A stretch of DNA of 64,000 nucleotides, taken from the IMG/VR virus record IMGVR_UViG_3300026549_000046, positions 68,048 to 132,047 of that record; one strand, given 5' to 3'. The stretch comes from a virus (lineage: Duplodnaviria > Caudoviricetes). Of this stretch, positions 42,199 through 54,000 are shown in pieces. The first letter of the stretch is position 1. Each line of letters opens with the position of its first letter. A program made the position numbers and the translations under genes. The notes beneath the pieces were generated by a model. That model did no database searches. It saw nothing but the letters and a program-made list of their open reading frames with translations, and was not told where the DNA came from.

Positions 42199-45100
42199 TT
42201 AATTAACATTTTGTACTATTATCATATTATTATAGTCATTATAACACACCTCACCCTATTTTTCTGGATTTCTATATACATCGTATCTAAATCTAGGACT
42301 TCCTTTAGTGTTAGCATTATATAATAATGTTCTTTTACCAGATTCTCCAAATTCTGAGCTTACTGACATTGGACAATTTTTCCAATTAACTAATTTTTTA
42401 TCTTCAGAAACTTTATAAATAGTATTAGTTGAAAGTGGTTGCCCGAACGAATCTGTATTTTCTCCAGTTTCTATATCTATATTACTTAATTCTGTTGTAA
42501 ACAGTACATTAGTAACTCTATCCTAAAAAGTTTTATCCGATTTAATAGGCAGAGAATAATTATATGTATATTCTTCATTATTAGAATTAACTTCAAAAAT
42601 TAAAGGATTATTCTAATAATTAGTGTCAATATTTAAATTTATATTTTGATTATTCTTAATTTTAAATTCAATCTATATTGAATTATTGTAAGGTTGATTA
42701 TAAATATAATTTTTTCTATCTGGAATATATAGTTTTGCTTCTGCTAATGATATTTCTTTATAATATGCAAATTTAATATTATTATTAATATTGTTTGTTA
42801 AAAAATCTTCAATATGTTCAGATGATTTCATCATATTATAAAATATAGCCCACTCTCCGTCAGTAGTTCTCCACCAAACCCTAGAATAATGAGAATAATT
42901 TACTCTAGATCGACCTTCAACTCCAAAATTATCAAATTTATCAGAAAAAAATTGGGTTTCTCCTCCTCTATCATAATTAAGTCCTCTATTATAATTATCC
43001 TTTTTAAAAAATCCAAATGTAAATATTATGGATTTGTCAATAGTATTGTTTATTTCTTCAAAAACTGTTTTCTTATAATCATTTACCTATTTAATTCTTT
43101 CTTCTCCATTTTCTGTAAAAATATTTATAACAGTATCAGGATGAGAATCTCTATGTATTGACATTTCATTTCGAGTTTTTCCAAATTGAATATGCCAGTA
43201 TTTATCACTACCATTATCAGCCTCACAATAGAGAACAACATACTAAAAATCGTTTGTATCTCCCGATTTATATATATTATTCAAGTCATTAAGGAATGTC
43301 TTTAAAGAAGTAAAGCCGTCTTTTATATAAATTCCTTCTTCCTAAGAACCTTTTGCCATAAGTTTATCTTTATAAGTAAGAATATTGCCATTGATAAATG
43401 TAGGTTTAATGTCTTTTATAAAATTTTCCTCATTATAACTTCCCTCTTTTACACAATCTATAGAATAATCATCTAAGTTGTTTTCCTATTTAACCTCAAT
43501 TACATTTCTTTTTGGCAAAGATACAAAATCTGGATAAAGATTTTCATTGAAAAATACTGTAGGTTTAGTAATAATATTTACAAGTTTTTTGTGAGTTATT
43601 GTATATTCAATATCTTTTGTATTGTCTTTAGAAAGTAAAGAGCCTTCAATTGTTGAGTCTAAGTCTTTACTATTATCTATTATATTTAAATCATAATTTA
43701 AATTTACTAAAGCCTCTTTAATTTCTCCAAAATGTGGATAAAAATCTGGAGAATTAGAATTATAATTTTTATTAAAAAGCTCAGTAGTTAAATACCAAAT
43801 TGGTGATGTATTATTATTTCCCTCTACTTTTTGTGGATTAGTCTCGTTTTGTTCAAGTGGTACTTTGTCATACTCTATATCTACCCAGTATAACTTTCTC
43901 GGAGATAATCCAACAGTTTTCCAATTTATTTGTAAGTTAGTTTTACCATTATTTAATGGTAATCCTTCTGCTGGGTAGGTATGAACATCATTCGAATCTA
44001 TTACATTTGTAAATTTGAATTTTAGATTTTCAAATCTTGTACCATATTTAGGATATGCTTCAAAAGTATAAGTTAAAGTTCCTAATTCATTGTTAAAATT
44101 ATTAATAAATCTCCAACCTATTAATTCTACTTTTCCACTTCCAAGAAGAGATAAATCTAAGCTTCCTTTAGAAGATAATCCAGACAAATAAATTTCTTCA
44201 TTATTAAAAGCTCTTACCCCTATTATATATTCTAATATGTCACCACTTGTTGGTTCTATATTTTTATAATGTTTAGTAACTTTACAAGTGTAAGTATTTG
44301 TAGCATTATCATATTTTGTTTGAGTATATTCTACATTTTCAGGTGTTTCACTTGATTTAGTAGAACCTATATAGAAATCAAATACTGGAAAGTCCTCTTT
44401 AGATGGAGTTCCCTCCCAATAACTATAATAGTTATCATCACCAGTACTAACTTTACTAGTACTGTCATTACTAGTACTATCTTCATCAGTACTAACTTTA
44501 GTTATTCCATCGGGACAGTTATAAGTTACAAATCCTTCTATCCATAATTCAGCCTTTTTATTTTCATCATATGTTCCATATATATTATAGCTAAAATCCT
44601 ATATATGATTTAAAGTAGCTTTTAAATAAAGCGGACCAACTAATTTGTATGCATATGTATTAGCAGCAATAGTTTGTCTTTCCTAAATTAATTCAGCATC
44701 ACTTTTAGTTTCACTTAATTCTGGATTCTCAAATGTATTTGCAATAAAATATCCTGAATTAAATTTATATAAGTCAGATTTAGTATTGTCAAAATCTATT
44801 ATTTTATTATCAGCGTTCCATCTAACCAATGTTTTGGTTATATCTACAAATTCATTCTATGAATTGAGAATGCCTAAAGCTAATGTATATAATTTATTTT
44901 TAGGAGATTCTACTTTATCTTTTTCAATATTAATATTATTATAGTTAGTAATATTATTGCCATTATCTAATCCATATACTACAAATTTATCTCCAGCATG
45001 AAGAGAAGTATCTTTAGTAAGAGGAATTAATATATTATCAGATTTTAAACAACTTAAATTTAAATCTAAATCCTAATAGCGATTTTCTTCATTTTTAAAG

Positions 45101-45441
45101 TAATCCAAATCTAAAGTTCCTTTTAAATTGGGATCATCTTTTGAATTAATTTTTCTCTCAGGAGATGGAAAACTTCCAATCTAACTTCTATTTGTTATTG
45201 GATTATAAGCAGCAATATAAATTATTCCTCCGTATTCTTTTATTCCAACAGGCTCATATCCAGAAGGCAAATATGCATTATCCACTCTTCTATTACCCAT
45301 ATCATTCTACAATACAATTTCATTTCCATTCATCGTAACAAAAGTAGCATTTAAGGCATTGGAAAGGGTATCGTTTCCCTAAACCATTGGATTTGAATCG
45401 ATTTGCAGTCCTTTGTTAAAAGAATTTACAGCTTGTTCCAT
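42199..45441 (-). CDS. Tail stabilisation-family/tail hub protein (~1080 aa)
   Basis: ATG 45439-45441, TAA 42199-42201. The N-terminus NSFNKGLQID..LSNALNATF..NGNEIVLQNDMGN..PVGIKEYGGIIYI..QIGSFPSP is characteristic of crAss-like tail genes. Includes track ORF 43486..44187. Confidence 0.75.
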
Positions 45442-46004
45442 TATTGTATATATTTAAATTTATTATATGAAGTCATTATGTCTTTCATTGTTAAAGCATC
45501 TCGAACTATAATAAGTTCTGCATTTTTTGTCCTAATCTCTGGATAATACTTTTTCATCCACCCTGTCTTATCCTCTTTAAGTCTAAATATATATGGAGAA
45601 GAAGAATTTTTAATTTTAGTTTCTTCTAATAATTTATAAAGAAATACATCCTTAAAAACTTTATACTATTTTTTAGACTATGATAAATAATCTTTATATT
45701 GACTTTCACTTCTTGTGAAATAATAATATCCATCCCATTTAGAATTTGTTTTCTTAAACATATAGGCAATTCTTTTAGAAAGTTTATAACAATACGTTTT
45801 AAAAGCCTATAGAGCAGAAATTGGAATTTTTCCAATAAATACAAATTCTTTATTAGTTAAAATTGAAAAATCATTTCCAGCACTTACATACTAAATTATC
45901 ATTTTCCATCCATAAACTAAAATTCTTTTTACATCCTCTCTGGAAAGTTCTGGAAATTTCTCATGAACGGAATCTACATAATCATTAATATTAGTTATTT
46001 TCAT
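45441..46004 (-). CDS. Conserved crAss-like basic protein, IHF-like (187 aa)
   Basis: ATG 46002-46004, TAA 45441-45443, with TAATG overlaps on both sides. The IHF-like call rests on position just upstream of the stabilisation genes in crAss-like gene order. Confidence 0.55.
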
Positions 46005-46453
46005 TAGCAATAAACCTTTCCTTCATTAGTATGCTAAGTAATTTTATTTTTTAAAAAAGACCCCACGTAAACAGGAAACTTTCTTCTATGTAAAAAATTA
46101 TCTCTTTTTCCATGAACATATAAATACATCTAATATCCAGTAAACAAAGATTCTAAAAAATCAACATCTTTAAATTTACCATGTTTTCTTGCTTCTTCAA
46201 AATCTGAACCTGTAATGGCTTCCATATGGAGTTCTCCTCCCTAGTATCCAATTCCTTGGATTTTAAAAGTACTATTATTCTCTATAATATCATTAAGTAT
46301 CTATTGTACTCCTTCTCTAAAAACCTATTTTAATTTCTATTTTTTAAGTTGTTTAGTTTTGTAATTACTTACTAGAGATTTACATTTTTCATATGGAAAC
46401 CTTACAAATATATCATTTAAATTACAGGCCCAACCTATAGCCCAATGTTTCAT
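46004..46453 (-). CDS. Conserved crAss-like basic protein, IHF-like (149 aa)
   Basis: Translated by hand: MKHWAIGW...ILNDIIENNSTF...RKHGKFKDVDFLESLFTGYQM...TNEGKVYC*. Product call is based on synteny. Confidence 0.55.
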
Positions 46454-46454
46454 A

Positions 46455-47159
46455 TCATCTAATTGGTTTATATGATTTTCCGTAACTCTTTCTATCCCAA
46501 GAAGATTTAATATCTAATATATTGTTCATATCATTCTAATTTAAATAGGAAACTCTTGCCTAATCACACTATTTTAACCATAAGTTATATAATAAAGTGG
46601 CTTGATTAGTAATGTTGGAGTTATTAGTTATTAATCCCTCTTTAAATTTTATAACATATGCAATATAGGTAGCAATTGCATCAGCTTCTTTATTAGATAT
46701 TTCTGGAAGTCCATCTTCATCTGCTAATATTCCTTTATATAAAATATTTACTTTTCCATAATTTCTAACAAAATAAAGTTTATCTCCAACTTGTTCATAT
46801 TTTAATAATTTTCCAGAAATATAGTATGGACTTTGATAAAATTTTTCAGACTCAATAGACTATTCTATAAAAGAAGTATTATTATCTCCATATTCTGAAT
46901 AATTTGTAACTCTTTCCCAGTCTTCGTATAAAGTAGTAACTGCTTCAACACAACTATTTCCATCAAAATCTAAAGCATTACAAGGAAGAGTTACTGAATT
47001 ATCTTTAGGGTCAATACATGTCTAATATCTATATAGTCTTCTATTTCTATTTCCTATAAGATTCCAGGCTAATAATCCATATTCTTCTATATCCTAATCT
47101 TCTAATTCTATTCCATACTTCATATCAAGAAGTACAGAAATATAATGAAAGTTATTCAT
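46455..47159 (-). CDS. Tail tubular/ring protein (234 aa)
   Basis: ATG 47157-47159 (ATGA overlap), TGA 46455-46457. Motifs AWNLIGN, LPCN, YKGILADEDGLPEIS and SWDRKSYGKSYKP. Lies in the neck/tail cluster. Confidence 0.65.
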
Positions 47160-47878
47160 CCTGCAGCATACCTTTGATCATTAGGTAAAAGAGGAGCAGA
47201 CATTTGACGATAATAATATAACTTTTGTTTAGTAAGCCTCTCTTTTATAATAGTATCTATAAAATTAAAGTTAGAATCCATTTTAGTCTCTACGTTTTCA
47301 GTATCAGAACAATTACACTAAAATTCTTCTAGCTATCTTGGATCTTTAAATACGGCCATTACAGTAATCTGTTTAATTAAGGGAGCATCAAATATATAAC
47401 AATCAAGCAATCCATTTTGATTAGGAGTTACATCTATATATACCCATGGCCTATTTTTGCCTCTCTTTCTATATTTTTGCAATGTGGATATTCTGTCAAA
47501 AGGTTTTGTATAAACTATAAAAGGATGTTGTTTATCTGTTGTTCCAATATAATATATTGCCTTGTTTAATCCATAATCAAATAATAATTGAGGAATTTGA
47601 AAATGTGCTATAGGGTCACTACCACAATTAGTAGCATTACATCCACATTTATCCAAACTATCACAGTCTACTGGTATACAGTTTAAAGATACTAATAAAT
47701 CTTGAATAGGAAGAATTCCTTTCATCATGTATTCCTTAATAATCAATAGACGCATTTGTATAATCTCTTCTTCTAACTATTCAATAGACATTGACATGTT
47801 CTAGTGATAATCTCGAAGTCCCGATCTTACATCATTAGCAATTGCATCTGCTAATTTTTTTATTGAATTCCAAGTCAT
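47156..47878 (-). CDS. Neck/tail ring structural protein (240 aa) with Cys-rich motif
   Basis: ATG 47876-47878, TGA 47156-47158. Extends track ORF 47333..47755. Motifs NCIPVDCDSLDKCGC, HFQIP and AVFKDPRQL. Confidence 0.65.
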
Positions 47879-47885
47879 AATAAAT

Positions 47886-47922
47886 AAAAAGCTAGACTAG
47901 ACCTAATAGGTCTGGTCTAGCT
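47886..47922 (-). terminator. Intrinsic terminator
   Basis: Long hairpin AGCTAGACTAGACCTA / TAGGTCTGGTCTAGCT followed by a T-run on the minus strand, ~20 nt after the stop at 47942. Confidence 0.8.
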
Positions 47923-47941
47923 ATACCAATTAAATTAACAA

Positions 47942-49009
47942 TTATTCAGCTCCCTTATAAGGTTCAGCAAGGACATCATCTGCATCTGTTTTAGCAGCAA
48001 CTAATTTAGCTAATTCTGTTTTAACAGTAGCTACATTGTTACCCTAATCAAGAACATAAAGAACATGTGTAGTTACAGAAGTAGCTCTTTGTCCAACAAC
48101 TTCTCCCCCAATTCCATCTCTTTCAGCACAAATTCTAATAATGAATTGAGTGTAATTTCCTCCTACAACAGGCATTTCTGATTTTGTAACAGCCCAGAAA
48201 TAGGTGTTAGCAAGAGTAGGAAGCCTGAGATTATGTATAATCCAATTATAATCTCCAAAAGCTTCAAGACCAGGTTCAATAGCTACTTCATTATCAGCTA
48301 AATCGCGAAGTCCATCCCTATCAAGAGTTTGAGTACCTGGGGTAACTTCTCCAGTGTCTTTATTTGTAGTATAAGTTACAGGAACTCCATTAATTACATC
48401 AACAAAATCTCCATTGTTATTGCAGCAGTCAATTTGTCTAGCATTTGGATCATACTTCTACAAAATAGCTTTCTTAATGACTTGATAACCGTTTACAGCT
48501 TTAAATGTTACCTTACCCTCATCGGCAGAAACATCCAAAAGTTTTTCCTGAGCAGTAAATAACATATATCTTTCAGCAATTTTAACTAATCTTTTTGCTA
48601 TAGCTGTAGAATCATCAGAAGCATTTACAGGAAATTCTATAAATAAAGGTTTTCCTTTATACACAAAGTCATTTGCATAAAAAGAATCCTAAGAATTCAT
48701 AGAAAGTCCAAGATAAATAATAATTCTATAATTACCCTCTTGAACATCTTTATTGTCGGCAGTAACTAAAGTAATCATTTTATCTAAATCAAATTCTACT
48801 TTAGCTAAACTTTCTACTGTATGATTCTTAATCTAAATATCAAGAACGTTGTCTTTATTAAATCTAGTATTTCCAATTCTAAGTTCTGGACCGTGTGCTC
48901 CATCTTTGGTAATTATATTATAACCTTTAGGGGCGGTCTTTGCTCTAACTTCACTTTCTGTTGTTTTAACAATAGTATTAAAAATTGTCTAAGTTGTAAA
49001 ATTAAACAT
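47942..49009 (-). CDS. Virion structural protein (355 aa; possibly auxiliary capsid protein)
   Basis: ATG 49007-49009, TAA 47942-47944. Includes track ORF 48458..48664. Motifs YANDFVYKGKP, FGDYNWIIHNLRLPT and TSVTTHVLYV. Followed by a strong terminator. Confidence 0.6.
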
Positions 49010-49022
49010 AATTAATTATTTT

Positions 49023-49994
49023 TTAAGTTGGTTGCTACTAAGCAACTGGTTCTGTCTATGCCTGAGCTGGATTAGCAATAGACTAACTAACTACTGGGTG
49101 TGTTTGAATTCTCTAATCAGAAATATTTTCCATAATTATATGTACCAACTCATTTATAATCTCTTGACAAACATAATCAGGATATTCTAATATTTGAGAA
49201 GTATCCTCTGTTTTATCAACTTGTTGTTGTGTGAGGCGAATATTTTGTGGAGCTTTTATATAATCAACATATACATTTTGTAATTGAAATACGGAATCAT
49301 CGGTTCCATAACGTATTTCAAGACGTACCTAAGATACGTTTCCATATCTTATTTCTCCGGACCGTTCAATATTACTAGCATCAATTCCTCCTATCTTAAT
49401 TGTTTTAGGAAGACCCCCAGAAGTAGTTACTGTATGAATTGTATTTCCGTCACTAGTATTTTGTGTTACTCCAGAAATATCAGTTCCTTCTGCACCTGTA
49501 TAGGGATTAGTTGGATTAGTTGGATTTACATTTATATTGTGTATATAGTAATAAGGTCTCTTATATGTAGGTCTATTCCAAAAATTATCAAGCACTTGTG
49601 AATAAGCATCAGCTGTCAATCTTGTAGCAGCCGCTCTCCAGGTATCTCCTTGATTATAACATTTATACGTTTTTACAACATTATAGATGCAAATACAATT
49701 AAGTAAATGTAAATAATCAGAAGGTAAAGTAGTTTCATAAGTAGCCATTTGGCCAGTGGTTGTTAATCCATTATATTTATTTTCAACTTTAGTAACTGGT
49801 AAAATAGCAGTTGCTTTAAGTACTCTTAAATCGTCGGTAGTTTGTTGATTAATATCGTAGATATTATATCGTTTATTTATATATTGATTAATAGCTTTAT
49901 TTATAAAATAATTAAAATCTTCCAATAATATATTGGGAGCATTTTCCTTATTAAGTTCTATTAATGTCGCCTCGTAAGCCTATCTTGCGGTCAC
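49023..49994 (-). CDS. Conserved neck/adaptor ring protein (323 aa)
   Basis: GTG start 49992-49994 (MTARQAYEATLIELNKENAPNILLEDFNYF), TAA 49023-49025. Extends track ORF 49329..49925. Motifs LPSDYLHLL, VDYIKAP and EYPDYVCQEI. Confidence 0.7.
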
Positions 49995-50029
49995 TATATT
50001 AATATTATTTTATTTATAGTGAATTAGAT

Positions 50030-50893
50030 TTAATTTTCTTTCTTTTTATTATCGGAAATCATTAAATCTGGATAAGTATCTTGCTTAATGAGCTTATATA
50101 CATTAGCATTTTTTGGATCTTTTAAAAATAATATGGCAGCTTCATCTGAAGCTCCTAAAACTACGTTATCTGCGTAAATGTATAATTTATTTTTATAATT
50201 AATAATATGTTTATCTCTAGCTTCAACAAATAAAAGTCTTACTGCGGTATCACCTCCAGTATAAAGATTTATAATCTTTTCTGGATCTTGATCAGCTACT
50301 TGTAATAGATAATCAGTCACATCAGCATCGGGCATGTTATTCATTTTATGTCCGAGTAATCTAGCTTTTAATACTCTACCTTCAGCTCCTCTTTCATCAT
50401 CATAAATATATGATTCAGCATCGTGCTTGAGTTTTTTACGTGATACTCTACGATTAGCTTCTACTCCGGGACGTTCTACATAGAGTTCTGCTATTCCAAA
50501 TCTAGGCTGTTTAGAATTCCATCCAGGAGTTCCATTAATTAAAGAATTACCGTTAGAATCCTTAGCATAATAGTCTGGAGAGATTAAAGGACAGTATTTA
50601 ATTGCTTCCCAAATAAATCTATCTCTAACATCGTCTAAGTCGAAAGTCGTTCCATCAACTATATCAAAAACATCTGTTTCTTTTATAAAATAAATTCTAT
50701 TAGGATCATTTCTTTCCGTTTCAGAAAGAATCATGTCATTATTAGAATCTACTCTTTTTACACAATCTGCATATTTCTAAGTTTTAGGATTTTTACACGG
50801 TTGAACTTTAACAACAATTCCAACCTTTCCTCTAACACTTCTTAATATAATTTTATTAGATAAATTAAGTTCTAAATTTGTTTCTTTTGCCAT
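50030..50893 (-). CDS. Conserved crAss-like protein immediately downstream of the major capsid gene (287 aa)
   Basis: ATG 50891-50893. One TAG joins it to track ORF 50030..50734. Ends in TAA. Confidence 0.75.
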
Positions 50894-50920
50894 ATTAATT
50901 CATATTACATAAAATTGTTA

Positions 50921-50960
50921 AAATAGGCCTCCAAGAATATATCTTGGAGGTAGCTATTTT
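50921..50960 (-). terminator. Stem-loop/terminator after the major capsid gene
   Basis: Perfect 9-bp stem CCTCCAAGA / TCTTGGAGG with flanking AAATAG/CTATTT, ~55 nt past the capsid stop. Confidence 0.7.
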
Positions 50961-51014
50961 AATATTATCTAAAGTATTACTTTAAAATTGGTCTTTAAAT
51001 ATCTAGTAATGCTA

Positions 51015-54000
51015 TTAAATTTCTCTCGCAATATACGACCTGTCAATTTGTTACCATTAGGCTCTTTATCCTAATTTCAATATGTTACCATATTGTTCAG
51101 ACTATATCATCACTTTATAAAGTGTCGGGCACTCGTGTCAGGATTATTGTTTGTGATACTCACCTGTTAGTCGTTAGCGGTTTAATGTACTTTTATTCAC
51201 TTCCATTACTTCCGACGGGATTGTCCTTTTCAGGAGATTCCCCGTTTTCACCCGATTTTTCACTAGATTCTACTAGTGCCACACAATCAGTAATTTTATA
51301 AGTTTTCTTATACAAACTTCCAATATTAGCTGCTTTTTTCATAGCATCATATTTACATTCTTTTTCTGGAAATTTTTCTAAAAAATCTTGAATACTCATT
51401 ATCCAAACTTCTCCAGTTTTGATGTTTTCTATTCTTCTTATTTTTTGTTTAACTTTAGATAATTTTTTTCTAGTTTCTTCAGAAACAATTTTTCCTTTAT
51501 GAGCTTGTCCAATTTTTTTCTTATGTTCTTCAGTAAGTTTTCTATTGTGCATTGCTTCAGAAATTTTTTTCTTTGCTTCTTCTGTATGATGTTTACCATA
51601 CATTCCATTACGTTCTCCAAACATTTTACGTTTTTCTATCCATTCTGGGGTTTGTTTTATACCAGTCATGTCTGGAGTATAATCAAAATAACAATTAATA
51701 CATAAAGGATCTTTTTCTACAGATTTAAGAAGAGTTACTTCTCCAATATTTGCTAATTTACGAGTTTCAAATACTTCTAATATTTCTTTTTGTAAATCAG
51801 AGTAATGTTCTTTTATATAAAGTTTAGTCCATATAGAACTAGATCCCATATATTTATCATCTTCTATTTCACAATCACAACTTCGAACTCCAATATAAAA
51901 TTCTTTTGTTTTAACATTGGTTATTTTATAAGTATAATTATATTTATGCATAATTTTTTAATTTTAAGTTTATATTTAATTTTATCTCTTAAAATATAAA
52001 ATTCAAATTAAAAAATCTCATAACATAAATTACTGTGTGTATATTGTCAAATTTGTCTTGCAATATACGACTTGTATGGATTAAATACTGCAATGCCAGA
52101 ATATCCCCACATAATTAACTTAGAACCGGCTACTGGACTAGCTACTTCTCCAGAGCTTAATCCATTTTCTCTACCAACACCTAAATATTTGTTGGAAATC
52201 ATATCTCCGCCTCTAAGAGTAAACATTGCCGATTATTTCGGCTCTATAATATTTCTATTATAGTCAGACTATATCTTTAATTTAATCTTCTAGATATTTC
52301 CATACAAACCCTCCTGCTGTTTTTCTTTTTCCAGTCAAAACATTCGGAGCACCACAAGTATCAGCTTTAGCTTCTCTTACGGTATTAAAAATTTGTATTA
52401 ATTTACCTTCTAATGTATATTTTCCAACTTTTCTAGCTTTTGTTTTGGGTTTCAATTCTTTCATATTAGGAAGTTTCTCCCAACTCCACTGAAATCCCAT
52501 ACAACTATTATTCAATCTTATTGCTGCGTGTATTCCAATATCTTTTCCAAAATATTTTTTTATTTCCGAATAGTTATTCCACTCTTTAATAAAATTACCT
52601 TGCAAATCATATTGATATAGTTTATCATTTTTATGATTTATAAAATTTTGTATTGGAAATTTATCATATTTTATATCACTGCAATAATATTTATTTGCTA
52701 TACAAAATTTTCCACGGATTGCTTTAGATACTTTTTGTAAATCCTCTTTTATATATTTAGAACATTCTGATATAGAATTAAATTCATTTATAAAATTTCC
52801 ATTAATATCATATAAATATGTTTTTGTTTTATTTTCATTTAATTTAAATTCATCTAAATTTAATTTATCATATTTATATTCAGTCCAAAAATATTTAATA
52901 CTAGGCGTTCTTTCAAAAATAGCTCTTCCAATACTACTTGGAGAACATTTATAATATATAGAAGCATTAGTTATCGAATCCCATTCCTTTATAAAATTAC
53001 CTTCTAAATCATATTGATATATAATTTTGGTTATAGCTGGAGGTATTCCTCCTCCGAGAGTAATATTGTAAGTATCATTTCTTTTTATAAAGTCAGAATC
53101 AACTAACCATCTTTCTAAATCTAAAGCATCTTCTAATTTATCAAATACTTTTAATGTTATTCTTTTAAAATTATCTACCCCATATTTATTTACAGCTGCT
53201 TCGAATGGAGTTTTACTGTATTTATAAGTGTACTTATCATTAATTTTTACTCCACATCCTAAATAACCATCAAAATGATTAGGATTTGTTGTTTTATGTA
53301 CCCCTATATAAATTTTTTTATTTACTAAATTAGTTGTTAAATATACAATATATTTTAAATTATTTTCCATTTCCATAATATTTTATTATGTACGCCTCGC
53401 GGCTAGTCGTTGAACGTCTATTAGAACTACTCTAAACAGAGCCTGTATAATCTAATATTTCGCTGCTGATTGTCCAATCTTCAAGATTTTTACACTTTGG
53501 TACTTGAAGCTCTAAGGAGTTTCCAGCAATTAGAAAAATATTTGTTTTTGCTTTATTAAGCAGCCCTCCTACCACAATGTTTAATAGGAGGTTGTGCAGA
53601 AGTCTTATCTGCGGTTAAATCCAATGCAAGCATGTAACCTTTTTCATCATTAATGTTAGCTTTATGTTTCCATAAAAGATCAGACTATATCTTAATCTTC
53701 TTCTATATATTTGAAAATAAATCCTTTACAATGTGTTCTTCTTCCTTCTATAACACCTTGAGCATTAGTAAATCCTGCTCTTTTACATTCTCCTAAAGAT
53801 TTATAAATAGTAATTAAATTTCCATCTTTATCATATTGTGCAACTTTTTTTGGATTTCCAAATCTACTTTCTAATCCCTTTTTATCAGAAAATTTATTTA
53901 CCATTTTTTCCCAAATAGTATCTTTATAAGTATTGTAATCTTTCATAAAATCCACTTTAATTTTAGATACTTGATAATCTCCACAGAATCCATAACCTTG

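Noticed and set aside
15-49994. Reading the fragmented ORFs as a decayed prophage or pseudogene field
   Set aside because: Interruptions are TAG only, in one frame per gene, at conserved Gln positions, with no frameshifts. This indicates recoding, not decay.
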